Shown piece by piece: positions 62,440 to 64,000 of a DNA stretch of 64,000 nucleotides. This DNA comes from Candidatus Latescibacterota bacterium (lineage in GTDB: Bacteria > Latescibacterota > UBA2968), in contig OZ242010.1 of the NCBI GenBank assembly GCA_965204745.1, positions 224,001-288,000 on the forward strand, given 5' to 3'. The translations under genes and the position numbers were made by a program. How positions within the stretch are numbered: position 1 is the stretch's first letter; each line of letters begins with the position of its first letter. Below the pieces are notes generated by a model. The model ran no database searches. It saw nothing but the letters and a program-made list of their open reading frames with translations, and had not been told where the DNA came from.

Positions 62440-63459
62440 TTACCTCTCACCTCTCCCGCTGTACTGCCGCTTGTAATATTCCCGATACCCCGCGCTGTTC
62501 CGAATTTTTCGCCACCAGTCTTCGTTGTTCAGATACCATTCCACGGTGAGGCGCAGGGCGTCTTCAAAATTGTACTTGGGCTTCCAACCCAGGGCCGCGA
62601 TTTTGGACGTATTCAGAGAATACCGCATGTCGTGGCCGGGGCGGTCGGTCACATGTTGGATGAGGTCTTGGGGCTTTTCTAGATACGCGAGAATTTTTTG
62701 CGCGACGGACAGGCCATCGGCTTCATTTTCCCCGCCCACATTATAGGCTTGGCCCGGCGTGCCCTCGTGAAGTGCCAGATCAATCGCCGCGCAGTGATCG
62801 GTCACGTACAGGTGATCTCGAACAGCCGTGCCCGCGCCGTACACGGGCAAGGGCATGTGGTCTAGGGCATTGGTGATGTAAATGGGCACGCGCTTTTCGG
62901 GATATTGAAATGGACCGATGTTATTCGCGGATCGCGTGATCACCACGGGCAGGCCGTACGTGATGGCAAATGCCCGCGCCATCATATCGCCGGACGCTTT
63001 TGCCACAGCGTAGGGATTGCGCGGCGCAATCGGGGCTTCTTCTGTCCATGGCTCCTCGCCTTCCGCCAACGCCCCATAGACCTCATCGGTGCTCACTTGC
63101 AAAAACCGCTCAACGCCACACGCACGCGCGGCGGCGAGCAGGGTGTACACCCCCAGCGCGTTGGTTTTCATAAACGCCTCGGCGCCCATAATGCTGCGAT
63201 CCACATGGCTTTCCGCCGCGAAATTCACCACGAGGTCAACCCGCTGCATCACCGCGTTCACCAACTCGGCATCGCAAATATCCCCATGCACAAATTCATA
63301 GCGGGGATCGTCCGCAATATCCAACACGTTGTCCAGATTGCCCGCGTACGTCAACTTGTCCAAATTGATGACGCGATAATCGCGGTACGCCTGGAGCATG
63401 TGCCGCGCAAAATGACTGCCAATAAACCCGGCACCACCGGTAATGAGAATGGTTTTCAT
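62440..63459 (-). CDS. rfbB: dTDP-glucose 4,6-dehydratase
   Basis: GGAGFIGS, AAESHVDRS, VSTDEVYG, DRPGHD. Confidence 0.95.
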   Translation of the reverse strand: MKTILITGGAGFIGSHFARHMLQAYRDYRVINLDKLTYAGNLDNVLDIADDPRYEFVHGDICDAELVNAVMQRVDLVVNFAAESHVDRSIMGAEAFMKTNALGVYTLLAAARACGVERFLQVSTDEVYGALAEGEEPWTEEAPIAPRNPYAVAKASGDMMARAFAITYGLPVVITRSANNIGPFQYPEKRVPIYITNALDHMPLPVYGAGTAVRDHLYVTDHCAAIDLALHEGTPGQAYNVGGENEADGLSVAQKILAYLEKPQDLIQHVTDRPGHDMRYSLNTSKIAALGWKPKYNFEDALRLTVEWYLNNEDWWRKIRNSAGYREYYKRQYSGRGER

Positions 63460-63588
63460 GGTGACTCCCCCTAGTTGCCAAAAAGCGATTGTGGAATAAA
63501 ATCAACACGACCTAACTAGCTTCTCTATTTCATAAAACACCTTTTTGTGGTCGGGGTTCAATTTCTTTTTTCTGCCTTGACGTCGTTG

Positions 63589-64000
63589 CTACAAAAACAA
63601 GTGCGCGGTGAGGACGAGGTAAATGGCGTAGAGGGCGAGTAGGACAATGCCTTCGCCGCGGGACAGGTGATATCGCGTCCGCATGATCGCCAGCATGGTG
63701 ACGACGATGATCAGCATTGCGGGAAAGGAAAAGTGGATTACGCGCTCTGGCACAATCAGGGGATTCACCAGGGCAGACGCGCCAGCAATCCAGCAAATAT
63801 TCAAAATATCCGCGCCCAAGATATTGCCCACCATCAACTCGCCGTGGCCCTTGCGCGCAGACGTCACCGCAGTGGCGATTTCCGGCAGGGATGTGCCAAT
63901 GGCGACGACGGTCAGCGCGATCACCGCGTCGCTAATGCCCAAAAACTCGGCGATAGCAGACGCGGAATTGACGATAAAATGGCTCGTCACCAACACCCCG
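63589..64000 (-). CDS. Ca2+/Na+ antiporter (5' part outside window)
   Basis: AIGTSLPE, GNILGADILN. Confidence 0.9.
   Translation of the reverse strand, partial: GVLVTSHFIVNSASAIAEFLGISDAVIALTVVAIGTSLPEIATAVTSARKGHGELMVGNILGADILNICWIAGASALVNPLIVPERVIHFSFPAMLIIVVTMLAIMRTRYHLSRGEGIVLLALYAIYLVLTAHLFL

Overview
64 kb of a bacterial chromosome; dockerin-like EF-hand tails, giant GLUG-repeat proteins, an ankyrin gene and dense REP/heptamer repeats suggest a Latescibacterota/Gemmatimonadota-like, possibly sponge-associated organism (inference). Housekeeping blocks are phoBR-like, amt, rluD-lspA-dksA, mtnP, divIVA-yggT-yggS, mrp, dgoD-like and rfbB. The accessory content is: (1) two inverted paralogous giant surface-protein loci, each with a sigma70 promoter and a leader ORF containing a G22/C18 homopolymer that could act as a three-state translational switch; (2) a 14-kb defence island (RM, DUF2806, Menshen-like trio, SIR2 + STAND ATPase) whose genes are repeatedly spliced in-frame into fragments of toxin-antitoxin genes and bracketed by interleaved 65/85-bp direct repeats; (3) an IS621-like IS110 element whose bridge-RNA guides can be read directly and point at the host heptamer repeats; (4) a rhodanese-MoeB with an in-frame UGA at a conserved Cys plus a SECIS-like hairpin; (5) a tandem TIR pair, a partner-switching signalling operon and several families of intergenic repeats. 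All family assignments come from motif recognition by eye; no searches were run.
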